From assembly GCA_009602725.1 (NCBI GenBank), contig WELB01000011.1:33912-97911 (forward strand): a stretch of 64,000 nt of DNA, written 5' to 3'. A program made the translations under genes and the position numbers. Below the pieces are notes generated by a model that saw only the letters and a program-made list of their open reading frames with translations, did not search any database and was not told where the DNA came from. Of this stretch, positions 1 to 14,921 are shown piece by piece. This DNA comes from Spirogloea muscicola (taxonomy: Eukaryota). The stretch's first letter is position 1; every line of letters begins with the position of its first letter.

Positions 1-1428
1 CTGGGCGCCGCGCCGCGGCTGCCCGCCGCGCTGGGCGCCCCCTCCCCCCGCGGCGCGCGCGTGGTGGCCATGGCCACCAAGAAGATCGCCCCGCCGTCGC
101 TCAAGTCGGTGCAGAAGACGGTGGCGAAGAAGGTGCCCAAGCTGCCGGCCAAGCTGCCCAAGGTGTCGGCGCCCAAGGTGTCGCTGCCCAGGGTCTCGCT
201 GCCCAAGCTCTCCGCGCGCAAGGGCGGCAAGCCCTCCTGGCTCCCCGGCGTCAGCTTCGGTGGCGACCTCGTCGACCCCTCCTGGCTCGACGGCAGGCGA
301 GCGACCACCCGCCCTGTTCTGCCTTTTGCGTACCTGCGCTGAGCTCTGGCTCGGGCCCGCTGCGCACCCACACATTGTCTCCTGCGTCTTGCCATGCCAG
401 CTGCCAGCTGAATACTAGTAGTGTCACCCGGTGCCGCCCGTGAGGATGACCTCCGCTGGACGGGTTGTCTCGGGCACTCGTCTTTGCCGCACGGCCAGCC
501 GCTGGTGATGGCTAAAGCACGACGGATGTCCTGGTCAGCAGCTGTCAGCATGGAGATCGCCCTTGAGTAGCTGGCCTCTTCACCTTGTTGAGCCCCCTCC
601 GGATCTCGGTGATGCAGCCTTCCCGGGGACTACGGATTCGACCCGCTGGCCCTCGGCTCGGACCCCGCTGCTCTCAAGTGGTACCGCGAGGCGGAGCTCA
701 TTCACGGACGGCTGGCACTTCTCGCTGGTCAGTGTGGGCTGACGACTGTCACGACTGGGCTCTCATCGTAGTTTTTAGCTTTCTATGGTATGTAGTGCGC
801 TTGAAGTATGGCCAGCTTGATGGACAGCGGGAGTTGCCAGCACTGTGTGTCAGCCAACAGGCCTCTGCAATGCCATGGTGGCAGCTAACGAGTACTAGTG
901 GAAGTCGGCATCGGAGGCAGTCAGGATAGCCAGACCAGAGTTCTTGCAGCACCAACACTGAGGAAGAACATGCTCTCTTTGCTTATTGCAGTGGTCGGAA
1001 TCTTCATCGGTGAGGCCTTCTCTGGTGTGAAGTGGTTTGAGGCTGGTGCCCAGCCCGGCGCCCTGGCTCCCTTCTCCTTCGGCGCTCTCCTCGGCACCCA
1101 GCTTCTCCTGACAGGATGGGTGGAGACGAAGCGTGGCGTCGACTTCTTCAACCCCGGCACGCAGACTGTTGAGTGGGGCGACCCCTTCCGCACTGCCGAG
1201 AACTTTGTTAACTCGACCGGTCAGCAGGGCTACCCGGGCGGCAGGTTCTTCGACCCCTTCGGCTTGGCTGGCAAGTTTCGGGGGAGCAAGTACGTCGCGG
1301 ACTCTGCAGAGCTCGCTCGGCTGCAGCAAGCTGAGATCAAGCACGCCCGCCTGGCGATGGTGGCGATGCTCGTCTTCTACTTCGAGGCCGGCCAAGGCCT
1401 CTCCCCTCTGGATGTGATTAGCCCCTAG
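1..1428 (+). CDS. LHCB6: Light-harvesting chlorophyll a/b-binding protein CP24 (Lhcb6)-like; 3 exons (<1-296, 618-727, 992-1428), 5' end outside the window
   Basis: Spliced translation [31 protein letters not shown]...[11 protein letters not shown]...[26 protein letters not shown]...[15 protein letters not shown]...[22 protein letters not shown] matches the CP24 pattern. Introns 297-617 (GC-AG) and 728-991 keep the frame. Confidence 0.92.
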
Positions 1429-2713
1429 GACCTCAACATAAGCATGCCGTCAGACAGCAGCTTATACCTGTCGAAGCAACCGTATTTGCGGTCACAGAGT
1501 CTGAGGTAATACAACATGGCTCTGCCAGCAGAAGCGAGCGTGGAAGCTAGGTCATGGAGACAAGCAGGTGAGAGCTGTTTGCAGCTCGATCCAGTACAGC
1601 GTGGGAGCTTTGATGCCTTGCAAGCTGGGACCTGTTGGCACGTCTGAAGGAACGGTGGGAAGATTGTCATAGAACTGATCTTCTCATCTTTCCATTTCTT
1701 TTGACAAGGTCCTTGGAATGACATTGTTAGTTCTGTAACACAGTGCATGATCATGTGTTTGGGTAAATATTCGTGGCAACCGGATTGAGCAAGTATTCTC
1801 AAGTACTGGACATCACTCTCAAGGTCGGATGCCGACTGCTGTGCCCTGCCATGCTCCCAATCATATTCAATAAGTTCAGCAGACCAGGATCGAGCTGTTA
1901 AGCTGTGACCTTACAAAGAGGGTGATTGAGAAGCATCAGGCACTCACTCAGATCCTAATGCTTCACAAGGACATCCAACAACAATATAGATTATTCAGGA
2001 GGTAAATTGTGGGGTCTTTGAATGGGAAGCACTGCCTTATTTTGGGACATTGGGTTGCATACCACAGGCAGTGATTGTAAGTTCCTCACCAGTAAGATGA
2101 GGGGCTTGATGTCACGACACTAAGCGATGACCGGCAAACATAAGTCAAGCGAAGCAAACAATTGTCCAGGAGTCATTGTAGGGTAGGGACTTTGCTCACC
2201 TGATTCTTTTTTGAAGCAACTACTGGATGGTGTGCCCTTTCTTAGTCTGCTGTTATCTTGTTTCATGACTTATTCAAGGCTGGTCAAGTGCCCTTCAGAG
2301 TTCAACTTCTGAGCGATGTCATCTCAGAGCATGGATCTAAAATGACACCGTCCAGCCACGCGAATGGATACATGCCATGATAACAACTCGATTGGCACCT
2401 GTAGGCTTGGAATCTTCGTATTAGCTGTACAAAATCTTTATAGCCGTAAAACTGCCTCATATCTATGTGAGGGCTACTTAATAGACTGCACCACCACTCT
2501 TCTGATCAACCAGATGACTCCCGGCGTCAATAGACCATTTTGGCGAAGTCGTCATACCCAAGTGCAGCTACATGCTTGTGATTACCTTTACCTTAGAAGA
2601 GTCCCTTTCTGGTCCCCTGGCTTGTGCCCAGAAGCTCGTCTTCAGACTGATACCAGGCAACTGCAACTGCAACTTCATGTACTAGTGCGATGTGAACTTT
2701 CCTCAACCGACTC

Positions 2714-4352
2714 TTACACTTGTTGCCACACAATGTAAATTCTCTGGCCTACTTTGCAGACCACTTGGGTGACATCTGATGTCCACCTGAGTGGAGGATC
2801 AGCAAGGCTGCCCCTATTAATATCCCCCTGTACTCCCTGGGCATTGAGCTTCGAAGCAAGATCGGCGAGTCTATCCACCAAGTCGCCAGCAGCCCAGGCT
2901 AGGGATATATGAGGTCGAGGTTCCTGCCATGTTGGACAGTGGGTCACGTGCAACTCAGAGGGGCACATTGAAGACTAGGCTAGGCATGAAGTATGTTGAG
3001 CTTGGCAGTTGGACTGCTGTGAATCTCACAGTGAGGCTCTCACCAACATCGAGTACTTACACCTGTCTACAGACTGACAGCTCATTCAAGCTTTGCAGGA
3101 GGCGGTCAGGGCCACGAGCTCTTATGTGGCCTGCTCACCACGCACCTCATAGAAGCCTGGCAAGCCATGTAGCTTGTAGCAGTGGTCGACTGCAGCAACC
3201 TGCCGGCGGATCTGCTCACGACAGTGACCGTCAAGTCAAGTATGACAGTCTCAGTGACGTCCTCTCCAGCAATTTAAGGCCCTCTGTGCAGGGTCACGTG
3301 GCATTGTCCTAATAGATAGTGACTTAGTGACTTGACAGCCAGATAAACGCACAGCCAACATCTAGAAGCTATGCAGAGAAGGCGTGCACACTCGGGTACC
3401 TGCTGAACTCCTTCGCCTGTGGCTTCAAAAGCCAAGAAGGACGTCGTTTGCTCGTCATTGATAAACGGCTCCCACCGTCCAAACGCCAACGAGTACCTGG
3501 CCGACGACCCATGTTAGCTATCTTTCTGTTCCCCTGGTTGCCAGGCAAGATCCTAATTCACAACTTCACTCACAAGCCAGAGCCACAGGGAGCTCAGGAG
3601 GACCACCTCTGTTGCCTGCGGAGCTTGTCTCGCAGCATTGCCACCAGGGACTCGATCTGGGCAAAGCGTATGGGAGCGGTCCGCGACAGGCTCACGTGGT
3701 AGTCCTCGGCCACGCCCGCGCAGCCCGCTGCCAGCTGCCGGCCTCCGCACAGCTCCTTGGCCTTGTTGCCACCGTCGCGAGGTGCGCAGGAGGCCGTCAG
3801 CCTGAGCTCCGGGACGGACGCTTGGGCAGCGGCGAGAAGCCTGGAGCACGCATCGCGCACTGCAGGCGGGACGGGAACTACGGGCGAGAGACGAGGCACC
3901 CCCATGGGCCGCTCTTGTCAGTACTAAGACGGAGGCAAAGGCCACGGCAAGCGAAAGGGATGGCCATGCACCAAAAGTACTGTGCCTGGCGGTCCAGTCT
4001 GAACATGTCCTTAACTAGCGTCACTGGTACAGGTCGCGGGATCGATTCCCGGGCGCGCAGGTTGGAGAAAAGTGAGAAGCTCTGTGCCGGTCTACCTGCC
4101 TGGGATGTACACGTGAGTGGCGAAGTTGCCGGCGACGTGCGGGAACGTCCGGGCCCGGATGCCGGCGCCGTGGGGAGGGCGGGCGTCATCCAGCGTCGGA
4201 GGCGGGAGCGGCGGCGGCGGCGGCGGCGGCGGCNGGCTGCGGCCGCGGCCGGGGGATGCGGAGCCGGAGCCGGAGCCGGAGCCGGAGGCGGCGGAGGAGG
4301 AGGAAGATGAGGCGGTGTCGTCGCCGCTGCCGTAAGCTCGCAGCGCCTCCAT
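2714..4352 (-). CDS. USB1: U6 snRNA phosphodiesterase USB1 (2H phosphodiesterase), multi-exon
   Basis: MEALRAYGS start; RTFPHVAGNFATHVYIP; the two HxS motifs YHVSLSRT and PHISLAW; FINDEQTTSFL; C-terminal VCKVGQRIY. Confidence 0.9.
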
Positions 4353-4601
4353 GGCCGCCGCCGCCGCCTCGCCGCCGCCGCCGCGGCGGCGGCGGCAATG
4401 CGGGGAGGGGCCCTGAGGGCACGGGCTAGGGTTTGGAATTAGGGTTCCGGACACCGCTAGGGGTCTGGCGGAGCCCAAGGACCTCCGGCCTGAGCATTTC
4501 CCTTATTCTGTCGGCGGTCCTCGGCTGCAGTCCGCGCCTGCCGCGGCGGCGGCGGCGGCGGTGGACGTGGCGGCGTCGGGCAGCCCTGGCGACGTGGCGC
4601 C

Positions 4602-5373
4602 ATGGGCAAAGTGCTGTGTGAGTGAGCGCGCTCGCCCGCTCACGGCATTGCCCCGGCGGCACCGGCCCTGGCTGACGCGCCGGCGGCCGCTCGGCAGCCA
4701 AGCAGCTGCAGCGGCCCGAGGCCAAGGCGCTGATCGACAAGGTGTACACGCGGCTGGCGGCCGACGGCGACCGCCGCCTGGATAAGGACCAGCTCTACGT
4801 CGGCGTCCTGCTCTTCTTCAAGTAGAGCCGCAGTCCTGCTCGAGACCGCTTGTGCCGCTTGTCACTCGACCCTCGTCTGCACCAGCGCTGACGGCATTGT
4901 CTCGCGGTCGTCTGGCGTCTGGCCATCTGCGCAGTGAGATCAATAAGAACTTCCCGGGGCCCCACAATGACCCCCCCACTCGCGAGGAGGTGGAGGAGAT
5001 GCTGCAGGTGATGCTCGTAGCCTCCTCCTGAGGCTTCACCCTTACGCTCCTTCTCCCCAAGCTTCCAAGGAGCCCTTGCATTGCTCACACGCTGCGCTCA
5101 TGACATCTCCAGCGCTTCGACACCAACGACAACGGCGTGCTGGACCGCCACGAGTTCGAGGACTTCCTCCAGATGTTCACGGAGAAGGTGGCGGTGACGG
5201 TGAGCAGGAACGTCCTGGTCCTCTGCCTCGCCGCCCCTGCCCTCGCATACATCAGCAAGAAGGTGACGAGCCCGATACCGCTGGTGGGGCAAGCGGTGAG
5301 GCACATCCCGGGCACTGTCTACGGCACAGTAGTCTTTGCAGCTCTGGCCCATTTGAACAATCAAAAGGTCTGA
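4602..5373 (+). CDS. Small EF-hand calcium-binding protein with hydrophobic C-terminus, 4 exons
   Basis: MGKVL|gtgagt; exons giving LYVGVLLFFN, EINKNFPGPHNDPPTREEVEEML and a canonical EF loop DTNDNGVLDRHEF, followed by hydrophobic segments. Confidence 0.75.
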
Positions 5374-5833
5374 TGGCACAGCTTACAGCAGTCCTCCGTC
5401 CGATCAGCATGCGCAGGGTCATCCATCTGCAGAGACCTTATGAGCATAGCAATATTTATGGCCGACGTGCCTGTGTACACTTCACAACAATCAGAATGTG
5501 TATCACCTCAGGCAAGCCTGTTTGGTCATTTTGCAAGGAATGCACGACTACTGCTTGCACCAAGGTCAAGCTGATGCTGATTGACTTACTGCAATCCATC
5601 CCTAATGGCCCATCCTCACGTCCCTTGCAGCTCTGCTGCAGGCGCGTGTGACCTTGTGATGACAGCTCGGCTCATCTACTGTGCACTAAATGACATGCAT
5701 GCAAAGCATACTCGCAATGCAGTGCAGCCTGCTGACCAGAAGTGATGTGCTATTGACACTGTCACAGTGCCAATGATTAAGTACAAGATGTGCATGGCAC
5801 ACCATCATATCTACAGTGCCTTGCAGCACCCGC

Positions 5834-7452
5834 TCATGCTCTAATGACAGTGGGACACACCCCTGCCCGCGCGTCTGCCATTCCACCTGCGAAAGACCAG
5901 ATATGCGGACTTCCTGGCATCAGCATGCGTGACAGCAATTTCACACGAGATATCAATGCAAGTGGATGACAAGTACGTTGTATGCAAACAGACACATAAG
6001 GGTGCCAACTTACAAATTGCTGTGTAGCAGGGTTGCTTTAGTGCGGGATCGTCCTCCAGCTTTGGAGGTTGCTGTCCAAAAATCATCTCGCAACTCATGT
6101 CCTCAAAATCTGGAGGAAAAGCTCAGCGGGAACATAAGAATCAGAGAGCCTCAGGATGAACGCTCGGCTCCGCCCTTGCTTCCGAGAGAACAAAGTGGGA
6201 AATCACCAAGTCAGCCAACCACATGAGGGACCAATCACATGAGGGACTAATTGTCACGGTCGTCACATAAAGCACTCACACAAGGCTTAAAAGTGCAAAT
6301 CTTCTGCTGAATTGCTCACTTGGGGTCATGGTCAGAGGGAGACCAAACTGGTCCGTGAAGAAATCTTGAGTTGGCAGCTTGCACATATTGATGCACATGC
6401 CCACGCAGCCGCTCTGCTCGAGGTACCTGTCCAGGGTGATCACAATGAGCAAGATAAGAGGACAGGGAACGGGCAGGGCAGCAAACTCGCGGCAAACCTT
6501 TTTCATGCAACCACCAGTCCAATCACATACAGAGCATGCACTCTCACCTGCACTTGGTAATCTGTACACCACTCCTCTGCTTCACGCCATTCACCTCGAC
6601 CTCCTTGAGCTGCAGGAATAACAGAATTTGTCAGTAGTTGTGAATCTCCTGAGAGTTCTTGACGTCGACAGGAGCTGTCTCAGAGTGGCAGCGCTGCTTC
6701 ATCCACCAAAAAGCTGGAAAGAAACTGTCAAAGGCTACGAGTGCGAATGGGAGCTGCACCTCTGCTGGCCCCACAAGCCACTGAAAGAATGGCACCGTGA
6801 TTGCAGCGTTGACCTCAGCTGACCACTTGGTCGGGGGGAAAAGCTTCCGAAACTGCACCAAAATATTGACACGTGCCGACTTGTGATATGACGTCTGTAG
6901 TGGGCAGCTGCCGAGAGGGAGTCGCTGCTAAGGGCTTATTAACTTTGGTTGTCTTCAGTATTCACAGCAACTCTGCCTCCTCGGGTCAGCCTGACAGCCC
7001 ACCTTGACGACGCGCTTGCAAGCGAGTCGCGGGAAGCGATTGATGCAGGTGGCAGCAACCAATCGAGCGCGCGGCGTGGACAGATTCGCTCTTGAGACAA
7101 GGCCACTGCTGCTACTAGATCGAGCTGCGGCGGCGATAGTGGCCAGGCAGGTACCGTGGCGGGGGCGTTGGGGGGCAGCATGGACACCAGGACCTGGCCG
7201 ACGGCCCGCCGCTGCTGCTCGGCGGTGCGGCCGACCATGACCTTCTTGGAGACGTCGACGAATCCCTCGTAGCCGTGCAGGCTCGACTTCTTGCCCGTGA
7301 AGCGCTCCATCTTGCGCGCAAACAGCGCCATGAAGGCGCGGTCGAACACGCTGTCGCGGTACCGCGTCTTCTGGCCCATGGGCGCCGGCCGGCCCCCCGG
7401 CTCCGACACGCCGGCGCGTGGGCGGCCCCGCCCGGACGCCGACGCCGCGGGC
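5834..7452 (-). CDS. D27L1: DWARF27-like beta-carotene isomerase (D27-like1 type); 5' end in the N gap
   Basis: [75 protein letters not shown]; last exon [17 protein letters not shown]. Confidence 0.9.
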
Positions 7453-7752
7453 NNNNNNNNNNNNNNNNNNNNNNNNNNNNNNNNNNNNNNNNNNNNNNNN
7501 NNNNNNNNNNNNNNNNNNNNNNNNNNNNNNNNNNNNNNNNNNNNNNNNNNNNNNNNNNNNNNNNNNNNNNNNNNNNNNNNNNNNNNNNNNNNNNNNNNNN
7601 NNNNNNNNNNNNNNNNNNNNNNNNNNNNNNNNNNNNNNNNNNNNNNNNNNNNNNNNNNNNNNNNNNNNNNNNNNNNNNNNNNNNNNNNNNNNNNNNNNNN
7701 NNNNNNNNNNNNNNNNNNNNNNNNNNNNNNNNNNNNNNNNNNNNNNNNNNNN

Positions 7753-9248
7753 GGCGGCGGTGGCGCGGCGGCCGCCGGCGACCACCGGGGGGGCGCCCTG
7801 GCCGTCCTCAAGTGGGCGCCCGTGCCGCCAGGTGCGGGGCCCCCACTGCGCCGCCGCGGTCATCGCCGCAACCTAAAGCCCTAAATCCTAAACCCTAAAC
7901 CTTTCCGGCTCCCGCGGCGTTGCTCAAACTGGCCGCTGGCTGCGCCGTCGTGCAGCAGACGGCAAGGACGGCGCGGGCGCCGCGGAGGCGCCGCCGCCGC
8001 CGCAGCGCAAGCCGCGCTACCTGCCTGTGAGTGCCAGCGCTTGCTCCGCGCCTCGGCCCTGCCCGCTTCTCTGGCCGGCGCGGCCGAGCGATACTTTGCC
8101 ATCTACAGCGTGACGGGGAGGCTGGTCGGCTGCCGTCTCGCCCAGGTCGCCGAGCTCATCGCGCGGCACCGCGCCGAGGAGGCGAGCAGGGCGGCTGCGG
8201 AGCAAGCGGCCGCAGCGGAGCTCGAGCGGCAGGCCAAGGAAGGCGGCGAGGAGGATGATGCTGAGGTCACGGCGTCGCCACGTCTGGTCAGTGCCGCCGG
8301 GTTGCTGGGTCTCAATGCCGCAATGCCAGATGCTCGTGATTCGGCAGAGCCGAGGCCAGACCATGTCACCAATGTGTATTTGATACTTGGCAGGCCGATG
8401 CTCCCGGAGCCGAGGCCGTGCCTATGAGTCTCTACGAGGATGGCCAGACGCCAGCGGACCTTCGAGAGGCTCCTCATGGTGACGCCCTAGGGGAAGGGCA
8501 GATGGAGCTTGACGATGCGGAGACGGTCCTAGTATCTGGTGAGCGGGAAAGAGATGCGGCGTTGGACGACATTGACAGAGATTTTCCTTTGCATCCCGAA
8601 GATGGCCAGCACCCAGCTGCTGGGGGAGACGTGGGAGCTGCCGCTGAGGCCGTTGGGGATGCAAGCGCCGTGGAGACGGCAAGGGCTGAGCAGGCGAACG
8701 GGGCTGCAGGTTTATCGACGCCTCGCTCAGATCATCCTCGTCCAGTCGAGGACTATGAGCTTGCAGAGCATTGTGAGAGGAGGCCAGCAAGCGAGGATGG
8801 TGTTGCGGCAGATCTCCGGGTGCTTGTAGAGATGGACGAAGTGGATGACGCCCACCACAGAGTCCCTCAAGCGGCAACCGCAGCAGCAAACGGCGATGCG
8901 CAGGCCCTTGTCTCATCGTCACAGGATTTGGAAGCACTTGCAGGCGTAGCATATGCGGCGCCCGCAGAAGGTAGTGCTGCTGGGATTGGCGCGGACCGTG
9001 CAGGCTCCGCGCTTGGGGCTTCTGCAATGGAGCAAGCATTTGGAATTTCTGGAGATGACAATAACTACCTCAAGGTGGGCAACAGCGAGGAAGAGGTAGA
9101 CGTTGCTGGCAGCCTTGGATTTGGTATCAGCTCCGAAGACTCGCGAAACGGTCAGGGAGCCACACTAAGTAAGACAGATAGCGGGCCCGTCGATGGCCTG
9201 CCTAGCGAGCTTCTCTTCAACCTCGCTCATGTCCCAAGAGCAACCTGA
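7753..9248 (+). CDS. BCL7-like (plant BCL-domain, SWI/SNF-associated) protein with long acidic tail; exons <7753-7831, 7956-8026, 8147-8265, 8394-9248
   Basis: Phase-compatible GT-AG splicing gives LAVLKWAPVPP|ADGKD...PPPPQRKPRYLP|VAELIARHRAEE, resembling the plant BCL7 motifs LLLYKWAPL and PPRRRFKYVPIAVLEE. The N-terminus lies in the gap. Confidence 0.6.
7872..7900. repeat. Degenerate plant telomere-like (CCCTAAA)n / telo-box repeat in an intron
   Basis: cctaaagccctaaatcctaaaccctaaac. Confidence 0.6.
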
Positions 9249-9755
9249 AAAGCCTTGCACAGAAAGTCTCTGGGACTTCCAGACAGTGGGGAAAATGGAT
9301 AGCTGCAAGATGCTACAAGTACTAACCTGATGGGACCAACAGGGACTTAGGCGACCGCCACATTAGGTTGGGGAATAAGATTATATGCACTGCGATGCCG
9401 CACCATACACTAAAACGACCTCAGCCGAGATCCAAATTTGCAGTATGACTAAGGAGGGTCTCAAGGAATCAGGACAATGAAGGGGAGAGGGAGCACGAAG
9501 TATGCTCATCTTTGACTGTAACCACTTCGCGAAATCGTGTAACGTATTCTTAATTTCACTAGCGGGTCCCGTACTCCTACACTAGTAGGCAGGTGCATGA
9601 CCTGTCAGACCAAGTGGCTTGCCGGAGAGGCTTGCCAAGCTTGCCTTGCCTGAGGACAGCCCAACCATGACTTGAGGTCAAGTGTAACTTTCTGAGAGTC
9701 AGAAAGAAGAGCTGAAGACAAGACTTTGCAATGCAGGAATTTCCAACCACTGCAG

Positions 9756-11492
9756 TCAGTAGAGGTTGCCAAGGCCGCTGCGGCTGGGTCGCAGCGACTT
9801 CCTTTTTGAGGGCATGCTCACGGGCAGCTCCAGCTCATTCTCAGGGGCCGCAGAGTCCAAAAACAGGTCTTCCTCCTTGCCATGGACTTCATAGTCCGGC
9901 TCATAGGTGATGTTCCAGAAGTTGGAATGGCCCCACCATCGCATGATGATGCCGTAGACCAAGAGGACGCCAACTAGCACAGACATGACGTGAGCACTGA
10001 AGAGAAGGTTGGCAAGAGATTGACCGCGCTCCTCTGCAGCCGGGCTCGTGCACTCCACATCGCTGGAAGGCAGCGTCCGGCATCCCTTGGGAATCATGCT
10101 GCCATACAGTGTTAACGCCGTCTGCAGAGCACAAAAATTTCCATTCTAGATAGGAGATTACTCTAAACACCTGCCCAGAAGACTTGGAAATGAGGGACAG
10201 TCAGCTTCTGGTGAAATATGCAATACCCTCCAGATATATGCAATACCCTACAGATACAGCTGAATTGACTAGATTCGGGGAGCTTTAGCATGCAAGCTGC
10301 CTCTACATTTGTTTAGGCACATGCTTCCAGCAGGTTTTGTGAGTAGCTTTGTCCAGAAAGAGACTGCTCCCTTGTAGAGAAGTGCAGAAGATTGCACATG
10401 AATATTGCAACAAGGATGACTCATGCCACTGCAATTAAATCTTTCAGTCATGCTTGGACAACAGACCTGATAAAACCACAAGCCTTGCAGTGTGACAGCC
10501 ATGGCACCACCAAGGTCCACGAGAAAGCTGGTGGGATGCAATGCAGACAGGAGGGCGAAGAGAACGCAGAGCGCAATCAGTAGCGCCAGCAGCTCGTGGT
10601 AGCGGCCCTCAAGTCCTGCGTGGCTGGTCGAGTGGAAGTAGAACAACAGGAACTCTGCGGTGAATGCAAGAGCCGCTGCCAGGTGGAGAAAGCCGTCGGG
10701 CAGCGACAGGAGACTGCAGCGGCAGAGCCATACAAAGGTGGGTGAGGCTTAAGTCATGCTATGAGGATCTCACTTCACTGATGTAAAACAGGAGCCATCA
10801 CCGTAATTCGCTACACTCCTCTCAGTGGAGTACAGCTGATGGCAGAAGGCATGCCACTTCAGGAGTTTTGAGGTAGCTTGACAGCTCAGATTGCAGTCCC
10901 AATGAGTCAAGTCACGCAAGACCAACAGAGGCTTGAGTAGTCTGACTGCTCTGTCACCAGCAGAAGCGGCTGCAATCTTCCAGTCGCGCTTGTGCAGCAA
11001 TCCCACCTCGTCTTTTCGTGGATCAGCGCAGTGGCGCCGAGGAGGAAGAACATGAGCAGCATGGCAGCGTGCTCGAAGTTGTTGAGCTCGCCGAGCGCGA
11101 TGGTGCCATGCCGGATGGGCCGGTAGTGGGTGCCCATGAGCAGCTCGACGAAGAATGCGTCCACGAACGCGCCGACAGTGATCACGTAGAGCTCCAGGTA
11201 CTTGAGGCGCCCAGGCAGTGGGTGCCACACTCTGTGTACGAGCACCGCTGGTCAGCCATCGTTAGAGCCCGTTCGCAGCTGCAAAGGAGGCTCGAGCACT
11301 ACCCAAATGCCATGCATGCAGTTGGACACGATTCATTGAGTCAAGACGCGCAGCGGCCTAAGATGGCAGCGCCCACCTTGCGCTAAAGGCCTTGGGCTGC
11401 ACAGCAAAGCCGTGGATGGAGCAGACGATGTGCCAAAGTCCGACGGCCAGGAAGAGCGTCCCCGGGATGACGTGCCCCATAAACGAGCCCAT
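9756..11492 (-). CDS. TMEM45/DUF716 family membrane protein
   Basis: MGSFMGHVIPGTLFLAVGLWH; NNFEHAAMLLMF; FYFHSTSHAGLEGRYH; TLQGLWFYQ; multiple hydrophobic helices. Confidence 0.88.
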
Positions 11493-11873
11493 GGCCGCGG
11501 CCTCGCACCAGCCGGGCCGGCGGCACAGCCGGTGGGGGCCGTCACCGGCCGGGAGTCGGCTAGCGGCATGACCGATGCCGCTTACTGGGCCTTGAGACCC
11601 TGCCAGCGGCTGCAGGCGGGGCCACAGCGGCCATGGCGGCGTCGGCGGCGCAGGCAACTGCGGCAGGCCGAGGTCAGCGCATGCCTGTGACTAGAGGCAG
11701 ACACAGGGCCCTGGTTTAGGTTTCGGCGAATTTGGGTTCACGAAGCAGGGGTCAACATTGCGCTCTAAGTGACCTGCAACTGGTTGGCTTGGCTCTAAGG
11801 AAGTAAATACAGTCGTTTGACGGACCACAGTGCCTTGACTCACAGAGGTCAATTCCCCGAGCCGCTGTTTAAC

Positions 11874-11945
11874 AGGAAAAAGAAAGCGCGGCCAGATTGA
11901 CTGGTGGCTGGGAAAGGCCAGCCCAAAAGAATGGACAAGGTCTGA
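11874..11945 (-). repeat. Solo 3'-terminal module of the CRE-like retroelement family
   Basis: Reverse complement CCTTGTCCATTCTTTTGGGCTGGCCTTTCCCAGCCACCAGTCAATCTGGCCGCGCTTTCTTTTT, nearly identical to 50101-50165 and similar to 28120-28165 and 51937-51990. Confidence 0.75.
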
Positions 11946-12662
11946 GGAACAGGGAAGGGCAGCCCCATGCTCCGCACCATGGTGGCCCCTACAGCTCCCC
12001 ACTGCCTGTTGAAGAAAATACTGGCCTGAGTTGTGCACATATGCTCTGCGCACACAGCTGTATTGGCTTAGAGACCCCTCCAAGACTGGCCAGTCTGAAC
12101 GAGCCAGCACTTTGCTGGCATCCCATTGAAGGCGCTTCATCACGAGCAACCATCCCGATACTTGAAGTTGAGCGGCTCAGCTTGCTGTAGCCCGAGGATG
12201 TCCCAGGATCCTCATTCCAGCTGACATGCTACCCAAATAAAATTTGCACACTGCAACTCCAACACATTGGCAGATCATGAAGGCTAAATTCTGATGGCAG
12301 CCCCACGCCATCGGCCTTGGCAAGTGCTAATGACCTCTTTCGTAGGACATCCCAAGGTCCTCTGTAAGCGACTGTGCTGCCACAGCAATACTTTAAACGG
12401 ACAGCCAAAAGGAAAGTTACCATCACCAATGACCTCCCTGTGGGCCACCTCCAACCTAGAGAAGCTTCTCTATCCAAAAGCAGTGACCTCCAGTGACTCC
12501 AATAATAACTTCCTCCTAGGAGCTGCCCGGGGGTGGGTCTGCGACTCCATCTGTACAGGTACCAGCATCCCCCGCTAAATCCAGTCTGGCCGACTGGCTA
12601 CGCTCGTCACACCCTTCCTCTGGCCAGCAAGGAGTGGCCAAAACAACCTCCCCGCCCAGGCT

Positions 12663-14921
<2,259 letters not shown>

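Noticed and set aside
6955..7863. ATG at 7863 as the D27-like start, and long ORFs spanning the N gap
   Set aside because: The frames are inflated by Ns, and sequence right of the gap fits the plus-strand BCL7-like gene better.
10216..10256. Short tandem duplications (20 bp here; 16 bp at ~31989-32020)
   Set aside because: Two-copy intronic slippage duplications with no sign of function.
11881..11945. Repeat module as an HDV-like ribozyme, spliced-leader/Sm RNA or histone stem-loop
   Set aside because: Only a superficial resemblance (GAATGGAC, ATTCTTTTGG); the nested pseudoknot or other consensus could not be built, and context places it in retroelement 3' UTRs.
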